This document shows positions 1 through 9,212 of a stretch of 64,000 nt of DNA, piece by piece. The position numbers and the translations under genes are program-made. Within the stretch, counting starts at the first letter, position 1, and each line of letters begins with the position of its first letter. Under the pieces are notes generated by a model. The model worked only from the letters and a program-made list of their open reading frames with translations, was not told the origin of the DNA and searched no databases. The DNA lies in assembly GCA_965238275.1 (NCBI GenBank), contig OZ250186.1, forward strand, positions 224,001 to 288,000, given 5' to 3'. This DNA comes from Nitrosopumilus sp. (GTDB lineage: Archaea > Thermoproteota > Nitrososphaeria > Nitrososphaerales > Nitrosopumilaceae).

Positions 1-47
1 CCAATCAGTACAAGATACCCGATATTCTCAGACAGAATTGCTGCCAT
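1..47 (-). CDS. 5' end of a membrane protein running off the window, possibly a sodium:solute (DUR3-like urea) symporter
   Basis: Minus-strand ATG at 47 gives MAAILSENIGYLVLIG, a hydrophobic start resembling thaumarchaeal solute symporters; only ~16 codons visible. Confidence 0.4.
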   Translation of the reverse strand, partial: MAAILSENIGYLVLI

Positions 48-188
48 TGTACAGGATCAAAACCCACCAGCTATTAAAACGAATAATTCCAGGACGGCGC
101 CTGCCAGCGCAGGACATGTCATGCGGGCCTGTTTCCTGAAGGCGGTGTGGTATGGACGCACCGGAGAGTTTTGCGTATCATCAATACA

Positions 189-233
189 TGCAGGACCGCA
201 TCTGCAGGACCGCATCTGCAGGACCGCATCTGC
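189..233. repeat. 14-bp tandem repeat TGCAGGACCGCATC x3
   Basis: Three exact copies at 189, 203 and 217 in intergenic DNA. Confidence 0.9.
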
Positions 234-337
234 GGGCCTTTGCATCAGACAGGCTCCGGACGCGGTATTTGCATACAATAACAACATAATTAAATAAATT
301 AAATTATATTAAATACCAGTATGGTGATATAATACGG

Positions 338-874
338 ATGGTAGACAGGATCGATGAGCTAATCATATCTGCACTCAGTCAGGACTCAAGGCAGAGCACC
401 TTTGACCTGTGGGACTTTCTCAAGGGGTTTGGCTACAACATCTCAGAGGAAGAGATCGAGTCGCGCAGGAAGATTCTTGAAGAGGAGATCATCAAAAATT
501 ATACCATCTCAGTAGACTCCAAGAAGCTCCCGGGCAGGGTAATCCGCGTAGACCTGGTCACATTCAGGACCTCACAGGCGCTTCCAAGCAGGCTTGAGGG
601 ACTAAAGAGGTATCTCAAGGACGCGCCGTTTGTGATCTTTTCAGGCAAGACGCGCGGCGGATACGACTGGATTACGATAAAGTCGTTTCTGTCATCGGAG
701 ATGGGAGACGAGGAGAACGACATATACAGGAACCTGTTTGGCGATATCATCCAGACTTATGAGGTGTATGACTTTGTTCCGCAGACAGTCGCCTCGCTTT
801 ACGCCCTGTCCTATACGGAGGCCGAATACAAAAAGTTCCTCAAGGAGTGGGCCCCTCCGTTCATCGGGAACTAG
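338..874 (+). CDS. Lrp/AsnC-family transcriptional regulator
   Basis: N-terminal DRIDELIISALSQDSRQS HTH pattern; AT-rich promoter at 290-315. Confidence 0.75.
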   Translation: MVDRIDELIISALSQDSRQSTFDLWDFLKGFGYNISEEEIESRRKILEEEIIKNYTISVDSKKLPGRVIRVDLVTFRTSQALPSRLEGLKRYLKDAPFVIFSGKTRGGYDWITIKSFLSSEMGDEENDIYRNLFGDIIQTYEVYDFVPQTVASLYALSYTEAEYKKFLKEWAPPFIGN

Positions 875-918
875 TGCAGGCCAAGCAGGAAGAGTATACG
901 TCTGGAAAATTAGAATAT

Positions 919-1791
919 CTAGCGTTTTAATTCCTTTTTGTACTTTATGGCCTCGTCGATCATGGAGTGCGTCCTTCTTCGGATGGTCATCAGGAACTGG
1001 ACCAGTTCTGCGCGCTCCTTGGGGCCTGCCTTGTGGGCATCATCTATCATGTCATCGAGTCTCGACAGGGTAATCTTGAGGGCAAGCATCGTCTTTCGAA
1101 TAATCTGATCCTCCTTTGATCTTGGCTCGGCGCGGTACTCGTAGTCCTCGGTCTGGGAGACAAGCTGGCTCTTCATCTTTCTAATCTGCCGGACAGTCAT
1201 CTTGTTGTCGACTATGTCATCTGCCATGCTGCCGACTGTCGGGCTTGCAAGATGCGAGCCGACCGTGGTAAGCTCCAGTGCCTGGCTGATGCTCAGGCTG
1301 TTTCCGGTAATCTTCTCCCTGACATCGCTGGGCAGCTTCAGGAGCTGCATCCTGTGCGAGACGTACTCTTCGCTCTTGCCTATCTTCCTTCCAAGATCGC
1401 TTACCCCTCCCCATCCAAAGTCCACCACATACTTTTGGTAGGCCTCTGCCTCCTCGATTGGGTCCATCGACTTTCTCTGCAGGTTTTCAGTCAGCTGGAT
1501 CTCAAATGCCTGCTTGTCAGAAAACTCGCGGATCTTGCAGGGCATGAACCTCCATCGGAGTGACTTGCACGCAGCGTGCCTTCTGTGTCCTGCAACAACC
1601 TCAAAGCCGTGCTCCAGCGGACGGATTACTATGGGCTGTAAAAGTCCGTGGGTCCTTATGCTCTCCTTCAGATTGGCAAGCTCGGGGGAGTTTTTTGGAT
1701 CGGCGTACCGGACAGGAAACTTTGAGGGCCTGATCATCCGCAGTTCTATTGGCTCGACCAGCGAATTGTCAAAACTCTCCATGCCCGTCAT
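919..1791 (-). CDS. ParB/Spo0J-family protein
   Basis: GLLQPIVIRP, VAGHRR box, ENLQRKSMDPIEEA and a following HTH. Confidence 0.9.
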   Translation of the reverse strand: MTGMESFDNSLVEPIELRMIRPSKFPVRYADPKNSPELANLKESIRTHGLLQPIVIRPLEHGFEVVAGHRRHAACKSLRWRFMPCKIREFSDKQAFEIQLTENLQRKSMDPIEEAEAYQKYVVDFGWGGVSDLGRKIGKSEEYVSHRMQLLKLPSDVREKITGNSLSISQALELTTVGSHLASPTVGSMADDIVDNKMTVRQIRKMKSQLVSQTEDYEYRAEPRSKEDQIIRKTMLALKITLSRLDDMIDDAHKAGPKERAELVQFLMTIRRRTHSMIDEAIKYKKELKR

Positions 1792-2018
1792 GCCACATAC
1801 GATGGGGTTAAATAGTATTTATGATTTTTAGAATGACGGCTATTCCCCAGATGCGGGTGGTGCGTGCGTGCGTGCGTGCGTGCTGTCATTTCCATTCAGG
1901 TGCAGAATATGTCTGAGACGGGGTTACAGGTGAACCGTCCGGCTCGCCTGCACTTGCATGAGACCCCAAGGAACCTGCAAACCGAAGATTTTTTTATTGG
2001 CGCGCCCAAAGTCCAGAC

Positions 2019-2811
2019 ATGTCTTTTATTCAGAGAATCGACGAGATGATCGAGGACTACCTTCCCGCAGTTTAGCATCCATTCTACGAGATGTGGTCTG
2101 CAGGAGAACTGACGCAGGACTCCCTTGCAGGATACTCCAAGGAGTACTTTCAGTTGGTCAAGGCCGTTCCTTCATTCATGACGCCGATAATCGAGCGAGG
2201 AGAGAAGCCTGCTAAAGCATCCATTCTACGAGATGTGGTCTGCAGGAGAACTGACGCAGGACTCCCTTGCAGGATACTCCAAGGAGTACTTTCAGTTGGT
2301 CAAGGCCGTTCCTTCATTCATGACGCCGATAATCGAGCAGGCACCAGACGGCATCGTAGCAGAACTAGTCGAGAACAGGCAGGAGGAGTCTGATCACATA
2401 GGATCGTGGATCACCTTTGCAGGCCAGCTTGGCATACCAGAAGACCAGCTCACATCCTATGACGGGCTGCCAAAGACCCGCAGGGCAGTCTCTGATCTGA
2501 ACGGGCTGATGGACACGTTCGAGGGCGGCGCATGCGCAATGTACGCCTTTGAAAAAGAGATTCCAAGGATCAGCCAGACAAAGCTTGACGGCCTGGCCAA
2601 GTTCTATGGAATTACCAGTGACGCTGCAACAAAATACTTTAGGCTCCATACAGAGGCTGACATCAGGCATGCTGCATCGTGGCGTGGAATCCTTGAGGAG
2701 TCCTCGTCGAACCAGGACGACGACATGATTGCAATTGCAGACAAGTCAATCTCGGCACAGAACATGCTGCTTGATGCATGTTACGAGGAATACTGCCGGC
2801 AGGCCGCCTGA
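2019..2811 (+). pseudogene. PqqC/TenA/CADD-like heme-oxygenase-fold diiron protein, interrupted by a 145-bp insertion
   Basis: ATG 2019 gives MSFIQRIDEMIE, which joins ERSLLKHPFYEMW in frame if 2051-2195 is removed; metal-ligand motifs EESDH, YAFE and HTEADIRH lie in 2233-2811. Confidence 0.75.
2074..2338. repeat. 123-bp exact direct duplication (2074-2196 = 2216-2338)
   Basis: Identical sequence at a 142-bp offset. Confidence 0.9.
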
Positions 2812-2859
2812 TCTTTAAAACCCCAACATTTTATACCCAAGAAAAAATTCATCTGCATG

Positions 2860-2933
2860 GGGCCCGTAACTCAGCTTGGTAGAGTAACCGGCTCATAACC
2901 GGTGAGCCAAGGGATCGAAGCCCTTCGGGCCCA
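2860..2933 (+). tRNA. tRNA with CAT anticodon, probably tRNA-Ile2 (alternatively elongator Met)
   Basis: Acceptor GGGCCCG/CGGGCCC, anticodon arm ACCGG-CTCATAA-CCGGT, T arm AAGGG-ATCGAAG-CCCTT; a GGGCCC acceptor is typical of archaeal Ile tRNAs. Confidence 0.85.
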
Positions 2934-3036
2934 TCAACCCCACCACCCAAAGATTATCATGCGCAGTTTTGAAATTTACCACTCTTTTATGGAGTGGTGG
3001 AAAAGCAGGTGGTGCCATGCATGCCCGGGAATCATC

Positions 3037-4311
3037 CTACGTCCCCGAATCATCCAGTACCACGTATCCCCCTGACTGCGTGTACTGCCCGCTCAGACGC
3101 CACTGGCCCTCAGATATGCTCCATACCTCATAGTCGGCATCTGCCAGATCCCCTGCGTCATCGAACCTTATCTCGCCAATCACCCCCTGGTACTCCTCGA
3201 CCACGTCTTCAATGCTTGCCTTCATGTCATTGGCGTCTGTGCTCTGGGCATCAAGCATTGTAAGGGCCACTATCCACACCACATCATATGCTGCATACAA
3301 AAACGACTCCGGCGGATACCCCAGCCTCTCAGTCATGGCCGCCTCTACCTGCCTGTACTTAGGGCTGTCCGGTACGGACAGTGCAATCGAGTACAATCCT
3401 ACAGAATCTGCAAACGGCCCGGCAACCGGATCGTCTGTAATCCTATCATCCCCGATGACAGTCGTTGTGCCAAACCATGTCACATCATCAAGTGTCTCGT
3501 ATGACGCTGCTGCCCGTATGATCTCTATGTTCTCGCCGTAGCCGGAAAGCACCACTCCGACCCTGTCTCGCTCATTTGTCTTTACTGCCTCCTGCACCAT
3601 TCCATTCAGGTGACGGGCCACCTCTGTAAAGTTGGCAGTGTCAGGGTTGTACCTTATCCAGTTGCTTACTGTGCCGCCTCGTTCTGAAAAACCGTCCTGC
3701 AGCGCAGCTGTAATGCCGTCTCCCCAGACATCTCCGCGATAGACGTGAATCAGGGTATCCATTCCGTGGCCCCTTGCAGCCTCTGCCTGTATCCCTATGT
3801 AGTGGGTGTCTACTGCTGCCAAGCGGTAGACGTTGTCGTCTGGTACTGCAACTGCCGAGGCAGACGAGCAGCACGACACAACCAACATGCCGTTTGCGTC
3901 TGCATAGTTTTTGATGGCATTAACGTTGGCGCTTGCCACAGGCCCCACAATGACTCGCGTTCCCCGTTCATAAAGATCCATGGTCCTTTCAAGCGTAATG
4001 TCCGGCTGGGATTTGGTATCCTCTATTATCAGGTTTATGGCCCACGGATGGCCCTGCGTCTGAAGATACTCGTTGACGTCTGCCTCTGCAAGTTTTGTGA
4101 TTGCAAGGTACCCTTCTCCAATGTCTGAGAGAGTGCCGGTGATTGGCGCAAGAAGGCCTACTGGAATCTGGCCTGACAGTTCCCGAATCTCCGGTGCAGA
4201 GCCTTCGTCAGCCGGCACGCTACTGCCGATGCCAAGCGCAAAATATGCCACAATTACCACGCTGATTGCAGCTGCTGCTATTATCCCAATCTGCAGAATC
4301 CTGCCCTCCAT
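3037..4311 (-). CDS. Membrane-anchored ABC substrate-binding protein, branched-chain amino acid (LivJ-like) type
   Basis: N-terminal TM helix, VGLLAPITG, EDTKSQP, GPVASA, YAAYDVVW, IRFDDAGD. Confidence 0.85.
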   Translation of the reverse strand: MEGRILQIGIIAAAAISVVIVAYFALGIGSSVPADEGSAPEIRELSGQIPVGLLAPITGTLSDIGEGYLAITKLAEADVNEYLQTQGHPWAINLIIEDTKSQPDITLERTMDLYERGTRVIVGPVASANVNAIKNYADANGMLVVSCCSSASAVAVPDDNVYRLAAVDTHYIGIQAEAARGHGMDTLIHVYRGDVWGDGITAALQDGFSERGGTVSNWIRYNPDTANFTEVARHLNGMVQEAVKTNERDRVGVVLSGYGENIEIIRAAASYETLDDVTWFGTTTVIGDDRITDDPVAGPFADSVGLYSIALSVPDSPKYRQVEAAMTERLGYPPESFLYAAYDVVWIVALTMLDAQSTDANDMKASIEDVVEEYQGVIGEIRFDDAGDLADADYEVWSISEGQWRLSGQYTQSGGYVVLDDSGT

Positions 4312-4534
4312 ACCACACCTCCGAAATGATGGTTAATATTTCTTGTAGGGTACGAGAGGCGGTAGCGCTGCATGATGAATTTGCAGCATCCGCACGGTAC
4401 CGGCCGCGCATCCGATCCTTTTGGATTCCCATGCAGAATACGGCCCGCCTAGGACTGACTAAACTGCCCTTGGGCCATACGAACAGATGCCATTTACAAA
4501 AGATTTTATGGTTAACAGGTGGTCATACTCTTGG

Positions 4535-4628
4535 GTTCCAGTGGTGTAGACCGGTCAAGCATACTGCCCTTTCAAGGCAGTGATCCCGGGTTCAAAATCA
4601 TTCGATGAAAGTCCCGGCTGGAGCACCA
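4535..4628 (+). tRNA. tRNA-Glu(TTC) with a ~15-nt intron in the T-loop; CCA encoded
   Basis: Acceptor GTTCCAG/CTGGAGC, anticodon arm CTGCC-CTTTCAA-GGCAG, T stem CCGGG/CCCGG enclosing 22 nt instead of 7. Confidence 0.85.
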
Positions 4629-4655
4629 AGATTTAATTACCAATAGCGGAGCTTT

Positions 4656-5522
4656 TTGAATAGTGCTGTCTTGAACAGAAAAAATATCGAGGTTAATCCG
4701 CTGCGTGAAACCCACGGAGAATACATCAACAGAATAAACAGGGCATTGGAAGACGAGCTTGCCACATATTCTGAATCCGAGTTTATAGAGCCGTTAAGGT
4801 ACTCCCTTGACGGCGGCAAGAGGATAAGGCCCGTCATACTGCTTCTGGCAGCAGAGTGCGTAGGCAGGACAGATGACAATACGCTTGCAGCAGCATGTGC
4901 AGTGGAGTTTCTGCACATGGAGTCCATCATACACGATGACATAATCGACAACGAGACCATGAGAAGGCAGAAGGATCCGTTCCACATCAAATACGGGTAC
5001 AACACCAGCGTCCTGACAGGGGACTTTGTCCTGGGACTGATCCTGGCAATATCGTCCAGGCTGGACAATCCCAGAATCACAAAGGATCTGGCGACCACTG
5101 CCATGCTGATGAGCGAAGGCGAGATGATCGAAAGCAGGCTGGAGACCAGCGAGGATGTCACCTTTGATGACTATCTGAAGGTAATCGAGTACAAGACGGC
5201 GACTGCCTTTGAGGTTGCAGCAAGGACCGGCTCGATAATTGCAGGAGGGGGCGCAAGGCAGGTAGAGTCGCTGACAGAGTACGGAAAGAACATAGGCATC
5301 GCATACCAGATAAGGGACGACCTGCTGGACTGGAAGAACGAGGACAAGTTATTCAACCTGCTAATCAAGAGAAGCTCGGATCCCAGGGACGTCTTTGACA
5401 AGATGGAGGAGATGCTGAAAAAGTACTCCGACAAGGCAAGGGCCGCCCTGAGAACGATACCTGACTGCGACGCCAAGGCAAACCTGGACAACCTCATAAA
5501 GTTCACATCATACAAGATGTGA
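4656..5522 (+). CDS. Polyprenyl diphosphate synthase (GGPP synthase family)
   Basis: GGKRIRP, HDDIID..RR, EYKTA and YQIRDDLLD motifs. Confidence 0.93.
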   Translation: MNSAVLNRKNIEVNPLRETHGEYINRINRALEDELATYSESEFIEPLRYSLDGGKRIRPVILLLAAECVGRTDDNTLAAACAVEFLHMESIIHDDIIDNETMRRQKDPFHIKYGYNTSVLTGDFVLGLILAISSRLDNPRITKDLATTAMLMSEGEMIESRLETSEDVTFDDYLKVIEYKTATAFEVAARTGSIIAGGGARQVESLTEYGKNIGIAYQIRDDLLDWKNEDKLFNLLIKRSSDPRDVFDKMEEMLKKYSDKARAALRTIPDCDAKANLDNLIKFTSYKM

Positions 5523-5630
5523 GGCGGCGCGCCCAAACCCCGCGACGGGGATTAATGGGGTCTGCTGGCGCATGCGATCATATTCCGGAATCATTCTGCC
5601 ACATGCCGGCAGGCCGCCCCGGATAACCCG

Positions 5631-7115
5631 TCAGGGCATTACGTTGAGCCCAATCACCGGGGATGCAAGCTCGACGAACTGGATAAGCGGTTCCGGATAC
5701 ACGCCGAATCCCACCAGGAATATGGTCGAGAATATCATGACTGCCATGATTGAGCGCGGCTCTGCGACCCTCTTTTCCTGCTCGCCTTCAAAGTACATCT
5801 TTCTTGTAAGCCAGCCATAGTATGCAAGGGAGAGTGCGCTGTTGAGCACGCCTGCAATCGCAAGCCACGGCGCCCACCAGATTGCAGATCCTGCATCCAG
5901 CGCGCTGCCAAACAGCATCAGCTTGCTCCAGAATCCGGACAGCGGCGGGATTCCTGCCAGTGCGAACAGGGCAATCACCAAACCCAGCGCGGTCACAGGC
6001 ATTCTCCGTCCAAGGCCCTTGAGCTTGTCGATGTGCGTCACTGCAAGGGTTGTGACTATGCCTGCTATCGCAATGAACGCTGCGCCCTTCATCACTGCAT
6101 GGTTGAATATATGGTAGAGGGATCCCTGCAGCCCCAGGGAGCTGTGCGGTGCCACGGCCAGGCCTATCAGGATGTATCCGGCGTGTGCTATGCTGGAGTA
6201 GGCAAGCATTCTTGAGATGTTCTTTTGCATGATCGCAGCAACGTTGCCAACAGTCATGGTCATTATCGCAAGAATTCCCAGGGCAAGCGTCCAGTCCAGG
6301 TTGAGCACGACCATTCCAAGGACCACCACCCGGATTGTTGCAGCAAAGCCTGCCTTCTTGGTGGCTGCTGCAAGAAGCGCAGCAATCGGGGATGGCGCCC
6401 CCTCGTAGGTGTCAGGAAGCCACTGGTGGAACGGTACCAGTCCCATCTTGAACCCAAACCCTGCAATGAACAGGCCCACCGAGAGCAGCGCAAGCGGAAG
6501 CAGCGACGGATCCAGCACCGAGTAGCCGGCAATGACCTGGCCTATGTTGGTGGTGCCAGTCAGCCCGTACGCTATTGAGATTCCGTATATGATGATTGCA
6601 GAGGAGAATGCGCCAAACAGGAAGTACTTGAGGGCCGCCTCGTTTGAGCTCGGGTTCTTCTTCATAAAGCCCACCAGGACGTACGTGGGGATGCTCATCA
6701 GCTCCCAAGCGACAAACAGCATCACAAGATCAGTCGAGTACGCCACCAGCACCATGCCGATTGTGGCAAGCAGTATCAGGGAGTAGTAGACTGCATGCGC
6801 GTTGTGCTTTCTCATGTAGTTGAACGAGCCCACGGTGGTGAACAGTGCCACTATCAGCATGGCTATTGCGAAGAATCCTCCAAACGCGTCATCGACTAGC
6901 ACGTCATCAGAGAAGAGTGCAGACGGAGATATCTCGTCGTTGACAAACTGGTATCCGACGTAGGCCAGCGATACTATGAGGGCTGCAAAGGCGATTGCAG
7001 CATAGAACGTGTTGGAGCCTTGCTCCCTTCGTGCAATGCTGATGATCGGAAGGAGCACGCCCACGGTTCCCAGAATGGCAATCAGTACCAGCGGTGTTGA
7101 AGTAGTCTCTAGCAT
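5631..7115 (-). CDS. nuoN: Complex I subunit N
   Basis: EAALKYF, FKMGLVPFHQWLPDTYEGAP, RMLAYSSIAHAGY. Confidence 0.95.
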   Translation of the reverse strand: MLETTSTPLVLIAILGTVGVLLPIISIARREQGSNTFYAAIAFAALIVSLAYVGYQFVNDEISPSALFSDDVLVDDAFGGFFAIAMLIVALFTTVGSFNYMRKHNAHAVYYSLILLATIGMVLVAYSTDLVMLFVAWELMSIPTYVLVGFMKKNPSSNEAALKYFLFGAFSSAIIIYGISIAYGLTGTTNIGQVIAGYSVLDPSLLPLALLSVGLFIAGFGFKMGLVPFHQWLPDTYEGAPSPIAALLAAATKKAGFAATIRVVVLGMVVLNLDWTLALGILAIMTMTVGNVAAIMQKNISRMLAYSSIAHAGYILIGLAVAPHSSLGLQGSLYHIFNHAVMKGAAFIAIAGIVTTLAVTHIDKLKGLGRRMPVTALGLVIALFALAGIPPLSGFWSKLMLFGSALDAGSAIWWAPWLAIAGVLNSALSLAYYGWLTRKMYFEGEQEKRVAEPRSIMAVMIFSTIFLVGFGVYPEPLIQFVELASPVIGLNVMP

Positions 7116-7127
7116 TCCATCTCCCAC

Positions 7128-9209
7128 CTACACCAGCAACATCAGGACCACAAAGAGCAGTCCCGCCCCAAATACGAATAGATACGACTGTGATATTCCC
7201 GTCTGGCTTCCCTGTACGACCCTGGCACTCCATCCGACTGCCTTTTGTAATCCATCATTCATACCGTAGTCGATGACCGTCTTTTCAAAGTATCTGAACA
7301 CGCCCCTTGCCAGCCACAGTGGTGCTGCCACAAAGCACCAGTATATGATGGAGTTGAGGTACCACCTGTTCAGGAGGAACTTGTGGATTGCATAGAAGAA
7401 GATGTTGGAGTTTACAAACCTGACAGGATCAACCCACCTGCCTATGTAGAATATGTATCCCAGCCCGATTCCGATTGCAAACGCGGCAAGCGAGGATCCC
7501 AAGGCCACGGGGTTGAGTCCCTGCAGGAACTCTGGGAGGAAGGATGATGCATCAGCGGCCACGTGCTCGGTATGGATTCCAAAGTAGTTCTCCAGGTATT
7601 CGGTGAATACGTGGTGGAGTCCCTCCTCTGCAGACAGGCCGATGATTCCTATTCCGATGGTAAGCACGGCAAGGATTCCGTATGGAACCCACATGGACAT
7701 GGATGCCTCGTGTATGTGGTGGCCGTCTGCCTCCATCTTCTGGATGTGGCTGCTCTTCTTTCCAAAGAATACCATTCCCATCATTCGCGTGGTGTAGAAT
7801 GCCGTGATTACTGCCGTAACGACTGCTATGGTAAACAGCGGAAGGGCCCACTCTGCTCCGGACTCGTACACTGCTGCAAATACTGCATCCTTGCTCCAGA
7901 ATCCGGTGGTGATAAACGGCGCCCCCATGAGCCCCAGGCCTGCTGCCCACATGAAGGCGTATGTCTTCTTCATGTGTTTGCGCAGCCCGCCCATATCAGT
8001 CATGAACCGGGAGCCGACCACGTGCAGCAGGGAGCCGGCTGCCATGAACAGCGAGGCCTTGAACATTGCATGCGATATGAGATGGAAGAATCCGGCGGTG
8101 TATCCGTCGACGTACTGGTGTGAGAGGCCTGCAACGCCGAGTGCAAGCATCATGTAGCCTATCTGGGAGCCGGTAGAGTATGCAAGGACCTTTTTGATCT
8201 CCGGGTTGACCATTCCCTGCGTTGCCAGCAGCAGCGCAGTGATTGCGCCCACCCAGGCCACAATCTCAAAGAACTGGTCTGCCAGTATTCCTGCAGCGCC
8301 TAGCGCAAAGACGATCGGCCCGATCCTGGCAACCAGAAAGACGCCTGCCTTTACCATGGTTGCTGCGTGAATCAGCGCAGAGACTGCAGTCGGGCCGGTC
8401 ATGGCCTCAAGCAGCCACTCGTTTAGCGGGAACTGCGCGGACTTGCCGATGGCACCTCCAAAGATAAGCACGAAGGCAGGAACCAGCAGGCCCTGCGCGG
8501 ACATGGTAGTGGCCCAGGCAGTATCTGCCACCAGTTCCCGGAATCCAAAGGTTCCCGCAAAGAGGAATATCAAAAGCATGCCTGCAATCATCATGACGTC
8601 GCCGACCTTGGTCATGATGAAGGCCTTCATGCCTGCGTGTGTGGGGGAGTAGTAATCCAGCATGCCAAGGACCGTGCGGCCCTCCTGTCCCACGTGGTCC
8701 TTCTTCTTGTCGCGGTACCAGAAGCTGACAAGGGCGTACGAGGCAAGCCCCACGCCCTCCCATCCGAAGAAGACCTGCAGGAGGTTGTCGGAGAGAACTA
8801 TGAGCTGCATGGAGCCTATAAAGAACATCATCCAGAACCAGAACCTTACGATGTCCCGGTCGCCCTTCATGTATCCGGTGCTGTATACCATTATGAGGAA
8901 GGATATCCACCCCACCACGTTTGCCATGATTATGGAAAGCGGGTCTGCAAGCACGCCTCCATTGATGCCGATTGTCTCGATCCACATTATCTGATCGTGT
9001 ACCTCGTGGCCCTCCAGTGCCATCGGGAGAAGCGAGGCTGCAGACAGGGCACTCATAAGGGCAAATCCAACTGCCACGTATCCTGTCGCGTGCTTGGAGA
9101 ATTTGCCTACGCCGGGTATGATGAGGGCTGCTGCAAACGGCAGAATCCAGACAAGCCACGCGCTGAGGGCTCCTGCCTCGAATGGTAGACCGAGCGATTC
9201 AGTTGCCAT
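7128..9209 (-). CDS. nuoL: Complex I subunit L
   Basis: GKSAQFPL.EWL.EAMTGPTAVSALIHAATMVKAG. Confidence 0.95.
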   Translation of the reverse strand: MATESLGLPFEAGALSAWLVWILPFAAALIIPGVGKFSKHATGYVAVGFALMSALSAASLLPMALEGHEVHDQIMWIETIGINGGVLADPLSIIMANVVGWISFLIMVYSTGYMKGDRDIVRFWFWMMFFIGSMQLIVLSDNLLQVFFGWEGVGLASYALVSFWYRDKKKDHVGQEGRTVLGMLDYYSPTHAGMKAFIMTKVGDVMMIAGMLLIFLFAGTFGFRELVADTAWATTMSAQGLLVPAFVLIFGGAIGKSAQFPLNEWLLEAMTGPTAVSALIHAATMVKAGVFLVARIGPIVFALGAAGILADQFFEIVAWVGAITALLLATQGMVNPEIKKVLAYSTGSQIGYMMLALGVAGLSHQYVDGYTAGFFHLISHAMFKASLFMAAGSLLHVVGSRFMTDMGGLRKHMKKTYAFMWAAGLGLMGAPFITTGFWSKDAVFAAVYESGAEWALPLFTIAVVTAVITAFYTTRMMGMVFFGKKSSHIQKMEADGHHIHEASMSMWVPYGILAVLTIGIGIIGLSAEEGLHHVFTEYLENYFGIHTEHVAADASSFLPEFLQGLNPVALGSSLAAFAIGIGLGYIFYIGRWVDPVRFVNSNIFFYAIHKFLLNRWYLNSIIYWCFVAAPLWLARGVFRYFEKTVIDYGMNDGLQKAVGWSARVVQGSQTGISQSYLFVFGAGLLFVVLMLLV

Positions 9210-9212
9210 ACC

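Noticed and set aside
919-1791. ParB as a plasmid or provirus partition system
   Set aside because: No parA, parS-like repeats or mobile genes nearby; it sits among core-type genes
1860-1883. (GTGC)n microsatellite, and similar (GAT)n at ~27497 and (GCC)n at ~16708
   Set aside because: Short intergenic simple repeats with no evidence of function
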